From Okeania sp. SIO1H2 (GTDB lineage Bacteria > Cyanobacteriota > Cyanobacteriia > Cyanobacteriales > Microcoleaceae), in the NCBI RefSeq assembly GCF_010672685.1, contig NZ_JAAHGA010000036.1, positions 7,773 to 71,772 on the forward strand: 64,000 nucleotides of DNA. Direction: 5' to 3'. Each line of letters starts with the position of its first letter. The stretch's first letter is position 1. A model generated the notes under the pieces. It did not search any database. It was not told the origin of the DNA and was given only the letters and a program-made list of their open reading frames with translations. Of the stretch, positions 30,793 to 40,130 are shown in pieces. The translations under genes were made by a program, and so were the position numbers.

Positions 30793-31383
30793 CTGTTGAG
30801 TCTATACCTACATTTAAGTCTTTGTCAATCAACATCAGAAAAAATCCTCAAACCCTGACTGCGCCCTTCCTAGTAGGGAGCGGGATTTCTTCTGAGGTCT
30901 ATGTCTATATAGATAGACCAAAGAAATGTTTAAGTCGCGATTAGTGCAGAAGATACAAAGCGTCACCATCGTTACTACTTGCCTGTGAGAACTAGCGTAT
31001 TATTTCGCGCTCCGTATCGCAAATTGTTAACTAAGTCGAAACTCTCCTGCTTCAGCTAATAGCTCAAATATGTTTTGACAACTCTATTACCTAGAAGTTG
31101 TTTGTAAATAATTATTTTGTAAATAATTATAAAGTTTTTTTACTCCTCACCAATTATAAATCTCCGATAATTAATCTTAAACCCTTGTACCACCTGGGCA
31201 AAAACTTCGCTTCTGGAGATATATATTGAGTATTTCAGAGTACAAAGTTTGGAATAAATAACTAAATTAAAGGTGTTCCTTTCCTTTACAAAAATTTACA
31301 AACATTCTCTTAGGAATTTTTAGGTAATTCACTCTATGGTATAGTCTAGTCTTATAATTTTTAGTTTTTACAGGATTTTATCA

Positions 31384-32097
31384 ATGACAATTCCTTTAAT
31401 GTACTACCCACTTTCTAGTCAAAACCATCGGGTTCAAAGATTTGATGTCCCTGGAGATGAATATCCTATACAATACAGTTTAGAGAACCTGCCTACTGCT
31501 ACAGAGATGGATGAGATTATCTGGGCAGCCTATCGGCAAATTTTCAATGAGCAGCAAATGATCGCAGCACATCGACAGGTTGCTCTGGAGTCTCAACTGC
31601 GCAATGGTCAGATCACAATGAAAGATTTCATTCAAGGTTTGTTGCTTTCTGAGTCATTCCGGCGACTGATCTATGATAGCAACAGTAACTATCGTTGTGT
31701 TGAGCTTTGTATTCAAAGGGTTTTAGGACGCCCTGTCTATAACAATCAAGAGAAACTTGCCTGGTCTATTGTATTGGCAACAAAGGGACTTCATGGTTTT
31801 GTCAATGACCTGTTAAACAGCGAAGAATATGACAAGTATTTTGGCTATAACTTTGTTCCCTATCAACGTTGCCGAATTTTACCTCAACGCACTCAGGGAG
31901 AGTTACCTTTTGCTCGAATGGCTCGTTACGACAGCTATTACCTAGAGCAGTTATATCAAACAGGGCAACTACGGAAATTTTATCCAGGTATGTTAGATAG
32001 TAGCGCTCGTGCTTATCGCAAAGCTCTATCATTTGTGGGAATACTCTCTGTAGCAGTGTTATTAGTTACTCTGATTCTAGTACTTTCGCCCAAATAA
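31384..32097 (+). CDS. cpcG: Phycobilisome rod(-core) linker CpcG family with C-terminal hydrophobic anchor (CpcL/CpcG2-type)
   Basis: PBS-linker domain 'DEIIWAAYRQIFNEQQM...LRNGQITMKDFIQGLLLSESFRRL...NYRCVELCIQRVLGRP'. C-terminal TM segment 'LSFVGILSVAVLLVTLILVL'. Confidence 0.8.
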   Translation: MTIPLMYYPLSSQNHRVQRFDVPGDEYPIQYSLENLPTATEMDEIIWAAYRQIFNEQQMIAAHRQVALESQLRNGQITMKDFIQGLLLSESFRRLIYDSNSNYRCVELCIQRVLGRPVYNNQEKLAWSIVLATKGLHGFVNDLLNSEEYDKYFGYNFVPYQRCRILPQRTQGELPFARMARYDSYYLEQLYQTGQLRKFYPGMLDSSARAYRKALSFVGILSVAVLLVTLILVLSPK

Positions 32098-32108
32098 TAT
32101 CAATAATC

Positions 32109-32199
32109 GGGACTTACGCAAAATATGAAATCATACACCATCTGTAGTGAAAAATTGTACTTAACCTCTACTATATGTGGTATTTATGCGTAAGTCCTG
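32109..32199. mobile_element. Small MITE-like element with perfect ~16-bp terminal inverted repeats GGACTTACGCAAAATA / TATTTATGCGTAAGTCC
   Basis: Inverted termini read directly from the sequence. It has the same TIR core (CAGGACTTACGCA) as the elements at 34028-34191 and 36213-36487. Confidence 0.6.
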
Positions 32200-32638
32200 T
32201 AATAAATGTAACATTATGACAAACATCACAAAAACTTACATATCTACTTCACTCGATCAACACCAAAAAATCACGGTTGGTTGTACCATTAATCACTACC
32301 AAATCAGGAAAAAGAGTGGATGATTAAAATATAGAATTTAAGATTAATCTTAATGCTTCAAATTAACTTACTTCCCGGTGCAATCAACGAAATTATGGCT
32401 TCTGCTGCCAAAAGTGGCTTTCTCACAAAATTAGACTGCTATGGCCTCATGGCTGCTGTATTAGACGATTCTCTAAGCACAGAAGATCGTTCTACTGTTA
32501 AGCGACTTTCATATTTTGTACTCAGAGGATGGGTACGAGTAGAGTAGACATAGAGTTGGCGATCGATACTTTGTTTAAATGTTATGCCTCAACAAATTCA
32601 TCAGGAAATGCTTACCTTCTTCCTTCTTCCTTCTTTTC

Positions 32639-33559
32639 CTAAAACAAAAAAATCATCCGAATAATTCCCACAGTAATAGTTTCATTATCCTCGTCATGTT
32701 CGGGATTAATAACTACTAAAACTCCCGGATTAATTGAAATATTGTCATTAATTTGATAACGATAAAAACCCTCCAAATGCCAAGCTGTATCATCATCATC
32801 TGGACCATTATCAGTATCAGTTACTTTAGGTGGATTTCCAATTACAAAACCAAGCAAACTTCCCTGTTTACCTAAGTCAGTAAATCCTAAAGTAACTGCC
32901 CAATTAAAAATAGTTGCTTCATCTCCTTCCTTAACAAGACCAACAGATTTTTCAGCATCAGCAAAACTCCATCCAGTCCAACCGGAAACTGTGAAATTAT
33001 TCAAAGCACGCCAACTTCCTTGAATACCTAAATGATCTGCGGAAGTGGGAACTAAATTACCAAAGGGTGCATTTGCTCTTCTACTACCTGTTGCTGCTGA
33101 GACAAATAACTTCCTTTTTGGATAGTAAGAACGTACATAAGTAACGCCAAAACGGAGGCGATCGCTTGGTCGAATATCTAGTTGTGCTAAACCTGCATTA
33201 CTACCATTAAAAAATCCATTACTTTCTCTTGGGTTTTCCGGGTCTCTTGCTAAATATCCTAATGATAAAGTTACGGATTTATTAATATTATAAACAACTG
33301 TTACTCCAGCACCTCGTGCCCCTTGGGCATAGATAGGATTGAAGCGTCCAAACCTAGAAATTGCCCCTGATATTCTATTTGCAAAAAGTCTGTTGAAGTT
33401 ATCAGAAACATTCATATTAAATCTACCACCAATGGCATCAACATGAACTCTAAATTTTTTGCCAACGGGAAAACGATAGAATAATTTACCAATATCAACA
33501 GTATTATTAGTATTTCTTTGAAACGCTAAACGAGTCATATTTGTTCCAGTTATTGGCAC
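32639..33559 (-). pseudogene. Outer-membrane porin (cyanobacterial OprB-like) C-terminal β-barrel fragment lacking the N-terminal or SLH part
   Basis: Alternating amphipathic β-strands with a C-terminal Phe ('...GIIRMIFLF'). Cyanobacterial porins are about 500+ aa with an SLH domain, and only 306 aa remain here. A permease fragment lies immediately upstream. Confidence 0.5.
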
Positions 33560-33647
33560 TCCATAGGCAACTATCCTCTACAATCAATTTGGCTCACTTC
33601 CTGAAGTTACACCTTTTCTAGATGGGATTAAACCAGTTGTTCTATCC

Positions 33648-34001
33648 TTAATTTTTAGGTGGTACTCCTTGCAAAGCAGTAATCAGAGGTCTGACCGCTC
33701 GACTAATCAAAGGTTTTATACCAGCTATTATTCCGAGGAAACTGCCACTTAATGTTGCTATTGTGAAGCCACTAATTGCATTTAAACTAGTAGTTAAAAT
33801 AGCTAAAGTTAATTTATTTGCCGTTGCCAAATTTTTCAGAGCGACTAGAGTTTCTAGAGGAGAAGGTAGAATGATTGAACTATAGTGCATTGCTAGTAGT
33901 TGCCATATAGTTATAAATCCTAAAAAGCCGATTAATTCAGGTAAAATAACTTGAATTAGTTTGAATATATTTTTATCAAATTTATCAGATTGAATCATCA
34001 A
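33648..34001 (-). pseudogene. ABC transporter permease (NitT/TauT-type) N-terminal fragment, truncated after ~117 aa
   Basis: The first TM helices and the start of the EAA region ('LSGSFLGIIAGIKPLISRAVRPLITALQGVP') are present, then a stop. Confidence 0.5.
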
Positions 34002-34027
34002 CTTGACTATGTTATTTTAAACTTGAA

Positions 34028-34191
34028 CAGGACTTACGCAAAGACACTATATATAGCGTTTACCAATTTAGGCGATTGCTGACGCAAAGCTCCGCTAACG
34101 CTTAAAAAATCAAGTGCGATCGCCTCAAGATTTTGGGCATTTTTCAAACAAGAGTAAAAACACTTAATATAGTGTCCTTGCGTAAGTCCTG
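34028..34191. mobile_element. MITE (~165 bp) with ~25-bp TIRs CAGGACTTACGCAAAGACACTATAT / ATATAGTGTCCTTGCGTAAGTCCTG
   Basis: Both TIRs are visible. The internal sequence 'GCGTTAGCGGAGCTTTGCGTCAGCAATCGC' is shared, in reverse complement, with the 17.4-17.9 kb copies. Confidence 0.7.
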
Positions 34192-34356
34192 ATTAAAATA
34201 CATTTTAAGACATAGTTGTTTAACTTCAGGGTGATATGCTTTGGGTTTAGGAGATTCAACAAATTGATGTCCACAGTCGTGACAACGATAAGATTGTTTT
34301 TGCCGACGAAAACCATTTTTCTTATAACGAGAAGATTGGCATTTGGGACAGTACAT
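34144..34356 (-). pseudogene. Transposase N-terminal zinc-ribbon fragment (IS1 InsA-like or IS1595-like)
   Basis: 'CPKCQSSRYKKNGFRRQKQSYRCHDCGHQF' fits C-x2-C...KNG...QRY.C.x2.C. The C-terminal 15 aa are encoded by the MITE TIR, and no catalytic domain follows. Confidence 0.45.
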
Positions 34357-34598
34357 TTTTTCTTGAGTTTGACAACAATTTTATTCTATAGCATTCTATA
34401 TTCACTAACGCCTGAAAGTTTACATTAGGCATCTCCAATAATCAAAAATAAAATCAATTATCATACATAAATCATCAATTATTTCCCCCTACTCCCTACT
34501 CCCTACTCCCTACTCCCTCTTTTCCGGAGATGTCTATTTTTGAGAGTTGAATAGAGTGTAAGATGGTTAATCAGTTGTTGAATATAACTAAGATTATT

Positions 34599-35996
34599 AT
34601 GGCTCAGTCTCTAAACGATCACCTTCACCTTTCTATCATTGCATGTGGTCACGCTGGTTCCGGTAAGTCCACCACCCTATGACACTTGATCTACAAATGC
34701 GGCTCGATTACCAAGCGTCAGATATCTACGTTTGAGAAAGAGTCTCTTGAAATGGGAAAGGGGTCTTCCAAGTATGCCTGGGTCATGGATAGAACTCCGG
34801 AGGAACGCGAGCGAGGTATGACCCTAGAGGTGAACTACTGGAGAATAAAAACGGAGAAATATTTCTGCCATCTCATTGATGTTCCCCATGCCATTGATCA
34901 AGTGATTAGTGCGGCCTCCCAAGCTGATGCTGCGATACTCATGGTTGATGCCAAAAAAGGAAGCTTTGAAGCTGGCTATGCTATGGACGGACAAACTCGC
35001 CAACACGCTTTCATACTCTATTGCCTTGGTGTCAAGCAGCTTATTGTTGCTGTCAATCAGATGGATGCTGTTAACTATGACCAAGAGCGCTACAACGAGA
35101 TTGTTCTAGAAATGAGTGAACTTCTCAAAAAAATTGGCTACAATCCGAAAGCAATTAGGTTTATTCCTATCTCTGGATGGACAGGTGAGAACTTCTTGGA
35201 ACCAGCAAGTAATATGAGTTGGTATCAAGGTACTCATATTGAGATGATGAACAGGTACGGGAATTTGGTACGAGCTTCTTTTAAAACCCTCTTCGAGGCT
35301 ATTAATACCTTTCTTCTACCTTCAGATGACTCTGGACCCATGCGTACCTGTGTCTCTAGAGTATTTCAACCCGGGGACGACCATAACCTACAGATTGGTA
35401 ATGGTCGATTTTCATTTATGGGACATGTTGAACGTGGAATCCTTAAGCCGGGAGATGAAGTTGTCTTTTACCCCACTCACACCAACTCCAACCCTTGCAC
35501 AGCTAGAATTACCAATCTAGAGATTAGCCATGAGGAGACCACCTCCGCTAAGAAGGGTAACATTGTCAATTTTATTCTCGATGGTATTTCCCATGCTAAC
35601 TCGCCCCATGTTGGTGATGTCATGGTTCATAAATCCGACTCCTCTATTGGCAGGATTCGGAGCTTCCAAGCTCAGGTTATTGTGCAATCTCATTGTGGTT
35701 CGATTGAAGTTGGCTACCAGACCACAGTCCTTATCAATAGTGCCCAGGTTGTAGTCCGCCTCACTGCTATCGAGCGTCAACTAGATAGAAGGGGTCGCAC
35801 CATCGCTGAGAACCCCGCTAAGATTGAGGAAGGAGATGGTGCCATTGTTACATTTGAAGTCCAAGAACCTTTAACGGCAGAGCCATTCAAGGATTGTTCA
35901 GGACTGGGTCGGTTGATTCTGATGGACGGTAATAAGAATTCTGAGGGCGTTGCCAATTTAATAGTTGGTGTCATCCGAGAGGTTGAACGTGTTTGA
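34599..35996 (+). pseudogene. Eukaryotic-type translation elongation factor 1-alpha (eEF1A)-like gene with an in-frame TGA (34680-34682) and degenerate GTPase motifs
   Basis: ATG at 34599 gives '[77 protein letters not shown]...'. This is collinear with eEF1A '[62 protein letters not shown]'. The match continues through 'SQADAAILMVDAKKGSFEAGY..GQTRQHAFILYCLGVKQLIVAVNQMD...ERYNEIV...KKIGYNP...IPISGWTGENFLEP.SNMSW' and domains II/III. G3 is DVPHA rather than DAPGH, and G4 is NQMD rather than NKMD. Confidence 0.6.
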
Positions 35997-36004
35997 CCTA
36001 CCCA

Positions 36005-36054
36005 TTGACATCCTCTCCCGCTAAATCGAAGATTATAGCGGGAGATTCCCAAAC
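36005..36054 (+). other. Conserved 'TTGACATCCTC-hairpin-GATTCCCAAAC' motif; copy 2 of 2 (the other is at 19488-19538)
   Basis: The hairpin stems differ between copies but stay complementary (CTCGTTA/TAACGAG versus CCCGCTA/TAGCGGG). The flanks are conserved. Confidence 0.5.
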
Positions 36055-36212
36055 ATCGCTATTTGGGTTCCGGGTTTAAGTAGCAATTGTGCAAGAAACC
36101 CCGTTAAGGTATTTGCGATCGCGCTCTCCAATTAAACCTCTCTGAGAAAAAACCCTGAGACCCTTGATTTATCGTTATAAATTTCTGCACCAAATAAACT
36201 ACAGTTTATTAA

Positions 36213-36487
36213 CAGGACTTACGCAAGGACACTATATATGGTGCTTAGCGTTCAGACTATCTCTATATTGGCACTGCTTACTAGGTTCCTCTGAGCGATC
36301 GCCTGAACTCCAAAACATAACTAATAGATATCTCCGAAAAAGAATCTGAAATCCCTGTGTATAGGTAAAAATATAATTTCTAGAGATGTTTAATGGAATA
36401 TTCACTAACATAGGCGATCGCACTTGATTTTTTAAGCGACCGCCTAAATTGGTAAACTCTATATATAGTGTCTTTGCGTAAGTCCTG
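36213..36487. mobile_element. MITE (~275 bp) with TIRs CAGGACTTACGCAAGGACACTATATAT / CTATATATAGTGTCTTTGCGTAAGTCCTG
   Basis: Both TIRs are visible. It is internally AT-rich and non-coding, and ORFs 36232..36639 and 36380..36580 are artefacts of it. Confidence 0.7.
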
Positions 36488-36742
36488 TTGAATATAATCT
36501 TGACAGGATTTATCGCAGAAGGAACACAGAGTAATATAATTCCCTTGATCATCATACAATGCGTAGGGGCGAATGGCCATTTGTGCTCCGCAAAGCTCCG
36601 AATGGCGCCCCTACAATATAGACTCTTAATCTTAAACAATGCTGAATAACACTGATGCGACCAGATTTGAGATCAAACCCTTGTAGGAATGTTCCATGGA
36701 ACGCCCCTACATTCTTTTTCGGAAGGAAAGCAAGTTGAAAAC

Positions 36743-38230
36743 CTACGAAGCACTTCCAATTACAATATCGCGCACCCGCACAGGTACACAACTATGAGTC
36801 ATTTGAGCTATCTGCATCGGTTCCCCTTTCCCACAAATATTAGTACCACACTGCTCCCTTTCTGCAACAGTTCCCACCGCATCAACACTATTCCAAAAAT
36901 CTGTTGTCATCGAATGATAAGTCACATCTTTCAACATTCCCACAACTTTGCCTTTTTTCACCTGCCAAAAAGCATCTCCACCAAATTGAAAATTCCGTCG
37001 CTGTTGGTCAATAGAAAAACTACCAACACCATCAATTAAAATCCCATCTTCAGTATCAGCAATCATTTCATCTAAACTAGCAGTATGACTACCACCATCA
37101 GCACCCGCTTCTAACCCCAAATTCGGAATGCGTACCATCGGTACACTCGACCAACTGTCAGCAAAAGCACAACCATTACTACTACCACGTCCAAGTCGGT
37201 AAGCTGTTTCTCGGTCTGTGAGATAATCAACTAATATCCCATCCTTAACAACATACCATTCTTGTGACTTCACACCCTCATCATCATATCCCATTGTACT
37301 ACGACCACCTGGTTGAGTGCGATCGCATTTAAAATTAACCCAGGGAGCAGCATATTGAAGTTTACCCATTTTATCGGTAGTGGCAAAACTTGTACCAGCA
37401 AAATTAGATTCATAACCATAAACCCTATCTAATTCGGTGGGGTGTCCAACAGATTCGTGGATGGTTAAAAATAGATTCGTTGGTTTTAAAATTAGGGTGG
37501 AGCGAACATCCGCAGGTCCTTTGGGAGCATAAACTTTTGCAATTGCTTCCTCAGCAACCCGTTCTACTTGACTCAATAGATCCGTGGGGTTAATATGCTC
37601 ATAACCAATATTCAAAGGAGGTCGTTCGTAACTGCGACTTTGAGCATCACCATTAGCAATAGCTGTACAAGTAAACCCAGGATAACTACGGTAAATTGTT
37701 TGCTCAATTAAGGAATCATTTGTAGAAGCAAATATTTTCTCTTCTTTAGTAAACCGGAGAAAAGAAGCAGCTTTTTTCACTCCTCGCTCCTCATAACTCA
37801 ATAATTTCTCATTCAAATTTAAAAGTAATTCTGCCTTTTCGCCAATGGGTACTGCAAAAGGATCAATTTCAATGGGAGTAACATAACTATCACGGTAGGT
37901 TTCCACAGGTACTAACTTTACAGGTGTTTGTTGACAGAGACGACTACCCTTAGCAATATCTACTGCCAGAGCAACAACTCTAGCTACCTCTTCTAGACTT
38001 TGGCGATGACTGGCAGCAAAACCCCATGCACCATTGAGCAAAACTCTCACCCCAAAACCAGAATTGACCTTATCTTCTAATCTGTTGAGAGAGCGATCGC
38101 GAGCTGTTAAATTTTGAGAACGATAAATACATAAGCGAATATCTCCATATTCACATCCGGACTGACGAATTAAGTCTATTGCGAAGGTAGCTAATTCTGT
38201 AGTTTTAATCTTTGCTGGTGCTTGTACCAT
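36743..38230 (-). CDS. tldD: TldD/PmbA-family metallopeptidase
   Basis: 'HESVGHPTELDRV' is the TldD HExxxH-like signature. The Gly-rich C-terminal β-domain 'GDAFWQVKKGKV' and the 495-aa length also fit. Confidence 0.75.
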   Translation of the reverse strand: MVQAPAKIKTTELATFAIDLIRQSGCEYGDIRLCIYRSQNLTARDRSLNRLEDKVNSGFGVRVLLNGAWGFAASHRQSLEEVARVVALAVDIAKGSRLCQQTPVKLVPVETYRDSYVTPIEIDPFAVPIGEKAELLLNLNEKLLSYEERGVKKAASFLRFTKEEKIFASTNDSLIEQTIYRSYPGFTCTAIANGDAQSRSYERPPLNIGYEHINPTDLLSQVERVAEEAIAKVYAPKGPADVRSTLILKPTNLFLTIHESVGHPTELDRVYGYESNFAGTSFATTDKMGKLQYAAPWVNFKCDRTQPGGRSTMGYDDEGVKSQEWYVVKDGILVDYLTDRETAYRLGRGSSNGCAFADSWSSVPMVRIPNLGLEAGADGGSHTASLDEMIADTEDGILIDGVGSFSIDQQRRNFQFGGDAFWQVKKGKVVGMLKDVTYHSMTTDFWNSVDAVGTVAEREQCGTNICGKGEPMQIAQMTHSCVPVRVRDIVIGSAS

Positions 38231-38358
38231 TCTATGTTAATCTGAATTTTATCTAATTTATTTTATATAATGCACCATTTTTGTCCAAAATTTTAGTTTG
38301 TAGGTTGTAGGTTAATCAAAAATGATTGTAGATTTGAGAGAATCGTGAGGAGTTTGCT

Positions 38359-39825
38359 ATGCCTAATCAATATTTATCTCCAAAAAATCTGTTAAAATCA
38401 AAATTTTTATTAAAATTTATTGGATTAGTAGGAACACTGGTAATTAATTGGAGTTTTACTCGGCCAGTTTTTGCAGCCTTCTTAACAAACTGGTTTTTTG
38501 ACCCAGACAATAATCAACTCCAGTTTACTCTCCCATCAGGTACAGCTCCTAGTTTTTCTTTAGAAAATAAACCAGCTCGTCTAATTGTATACATTCCCAA
38601 TACAGAGGTTAGTGTAGATGTGACTGAGTTATATCCGGCAGGTTTGGTGCGCCGAGTTAGTCTTTCTCAAGAGCAACCAGAACAAGCAAAAGTTATTATA
38701 GATTTTGCTCCAGAAGTGGTTATCTCTAGCAAACAAGTACAATTAGAACAGGTTGAACCACAGGAAAATAGTTGGCAGTTACGTTTACTTATGGCTGAAG
38801 GTGCATTCTCAGAGCCACCAGAGATAATTTCAGATCCACAGGCAACTGAGCCAGAAACTACAGAAGTAGAAAATTCTCAAACTACTGCTTCACAGGCAAC
38901 TGAGCCAGAAACTACAGAAGTAGAAAATTCTCAAACTACCGAAGAAGAAGAGGATAATCAAACTTCTACTCAACCAAAGCAAGATAGTGTAGGTTTGTTA
39001 GACACTGCTCCGGAACAAGAATCTCCTTTACCAAACCCAGGGCCTTCTGCGGAGCCTTCTGTACCATTTTTGGTCATTCCCACTGACAGGCCAGGTAGGT
39101 TTAGGTCTCCAATAGTAGATGCTTTGAGTAATGAAAAGCCGGAAACGGAAAGTTCTCAGGTTGAAGAAACACCAACACTTGAGACTAGAGAGGAAGAAGA
39201 GACAGTTATTTCACTTCCTCCAGAGTCCATAGAAGAATCAAAAAATACTACAGAGTCAGTAAGTGTGGTTACTTTTGGAGAACCTTTGCCTGGATCGTCG
39301 GGGCCAAAACAATCTGAAGATGATGCTTCTATATTAATAGAGGAAGGAGAAGTTATCGGTTTAATTTATCCTTCTCAAGATGTTAGATTACCACGAGATA
39401 TTGAGATACAGGAAGTTTTGCTGCTCAAAGAGGCGATAGTTGACGAATCTGGTAGAGTTATAGTTCCAGCTAGAACACCTGTAGTTGGTGGTTTTGATAC
39501 TACCACTCGCGGAAGTAAATTTATCGCCAGGGCTATATATGTAGATGAGCGCTTAATTCCTTTTTCTGCTGAATCAGAATTACTCCGAGGCCATCCTAAT
39601 GTAAATGAAAAAGTTTTGGCTGCCAGTAGCGCTGGTGGGGGGTTAGGATTATTACTGTTAACGGGTTCAGGTTTTGGTTTTCTGGCAGGAGCAGCTCTTG
39701 GTGCTGGTAGTGTTGTTCTTACTTCTCCTCGTTCTGTTACTCTAGAAGGCGATATTGTTATAGAAGTTCGTGTAGTTAAGGATTTACCTCGTTCTAGGTT
39801 TTACGAGGATATTGGCAGTTTTTAG
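38359..39825 (+). CDS. Secreted or membrane-anchored hypothetical protein with an N-terminal AMIN-like domain and an acidic Thr/Glu-rich repeat
   Basis: N-terminal hydrophobic segment. 'FFDPDNNQLQFTLPSGTAPSFSLENKPARLIVYIPNTEV' resembles the AMIN domain. A 48-nt direct repeat encodes 'QATEPETTEVENSQTT' twice. Confidence 0.4.
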   Translation: MPNQYLSPKNLLKSKFLLKFIGLVGTLVINWSFTRPVFAAFLTNWFFDPDNNQLQFTLPSGTAPSFSLENKPARLIVYIPNTEVSVDVTELYPAGLVRRVSLSQEQPEQAKVIIDFAPEVVISSKQVQLEQVEPQENSWQLRLLMAEGAFSEPPEIISDPQATEPETTEVENSQTTASQATEPETTEVENSQTTEEEEDNQTSTQPKQDSVGLLDTAPEQESPLPNPGPSAEPSVPFLVIPTDRPGRFRSPIVDALSNEKPETESSQVEETPTLETREEEETVISLPPESIEESKNTTESVSVVTFGEPLPGSSGPKQSEDDASILIEEGEVIGLIYPSQDVRLPRDIEIQEVLLLKEAIVDESGRVIVPARTPVVGGFDTTTRGSKFIARAIYVDERLIPFSAESELLRGHPNVNEKVLAASSAGGGLGLLLLTGSGFGFLAGAALGAGSVVLTSPRSVTLEGDIVIEVRVVKDLPRSRFYEDIGSF

Positions 39826-39827
39826 GA

Positions 39828-40125
39828 GATGGGGGGATGGGGTGATGGGGTAATGGGGTGATGGGGTGATGGGGTGATGGGGTGATGGGGTGATGGGGTG
39901 ATGGGGGGATGGGGGGATGGGGTGATGGGGTGAAAAAGACACCTAGAAACAAACATCTATTGCACAGTTTTAGGTATGCCACTCCACTACTGGATTGACT
40001 TCTCCCCCACTCCCCTACTCCCCTACTCCCCTACTCCCCCACTCCCCATGAGGAAACGGAGACACGGGGACACTCCCTCTCCGCGTCTCCGTGTCTCCCC
40101 CTCTCCGTGTCCTCAAGAACCCCTA
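39828..40125. repeat. STRR-like octamer/heptamer arrays, (GATGGGGT)n then (CCCCTACT)n and a GAGACACGG-type repeat
   Basis: About 13 tandem GGGGTGAT units at 39828-39932, and CCCCTACTCCCCTACTCC at 40005-40050. ORF 39794..39982 is an artefact of the repeats. Confidence 0.85.
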
Positions 40126-40130
40126 CTCCC

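Noticed and set aside
34599-35996. Eukaryotic contamination or chimeric assembly as the explanation for the eEF1A-like gene
   Set aside because: The gene has no introns. It is flanked within 60-250 bp by cyanobacterium-specific repeats (a GGGAGTAGG-type element and CAGGACTTACGC MITEs). It has the same AT-rich composition as its neighbours. It carries bacterial-style degeneration. Still worth confirming with read mapping.
36232-36639. 135-aa and 66-aa ORFs between the eEF1A-like gene and tldD
   Set aside because: They overlap the MITE at 36213-36487 and its TIR-encoded 'DLRKDTIYRV' peptide, with no protein-like composition.
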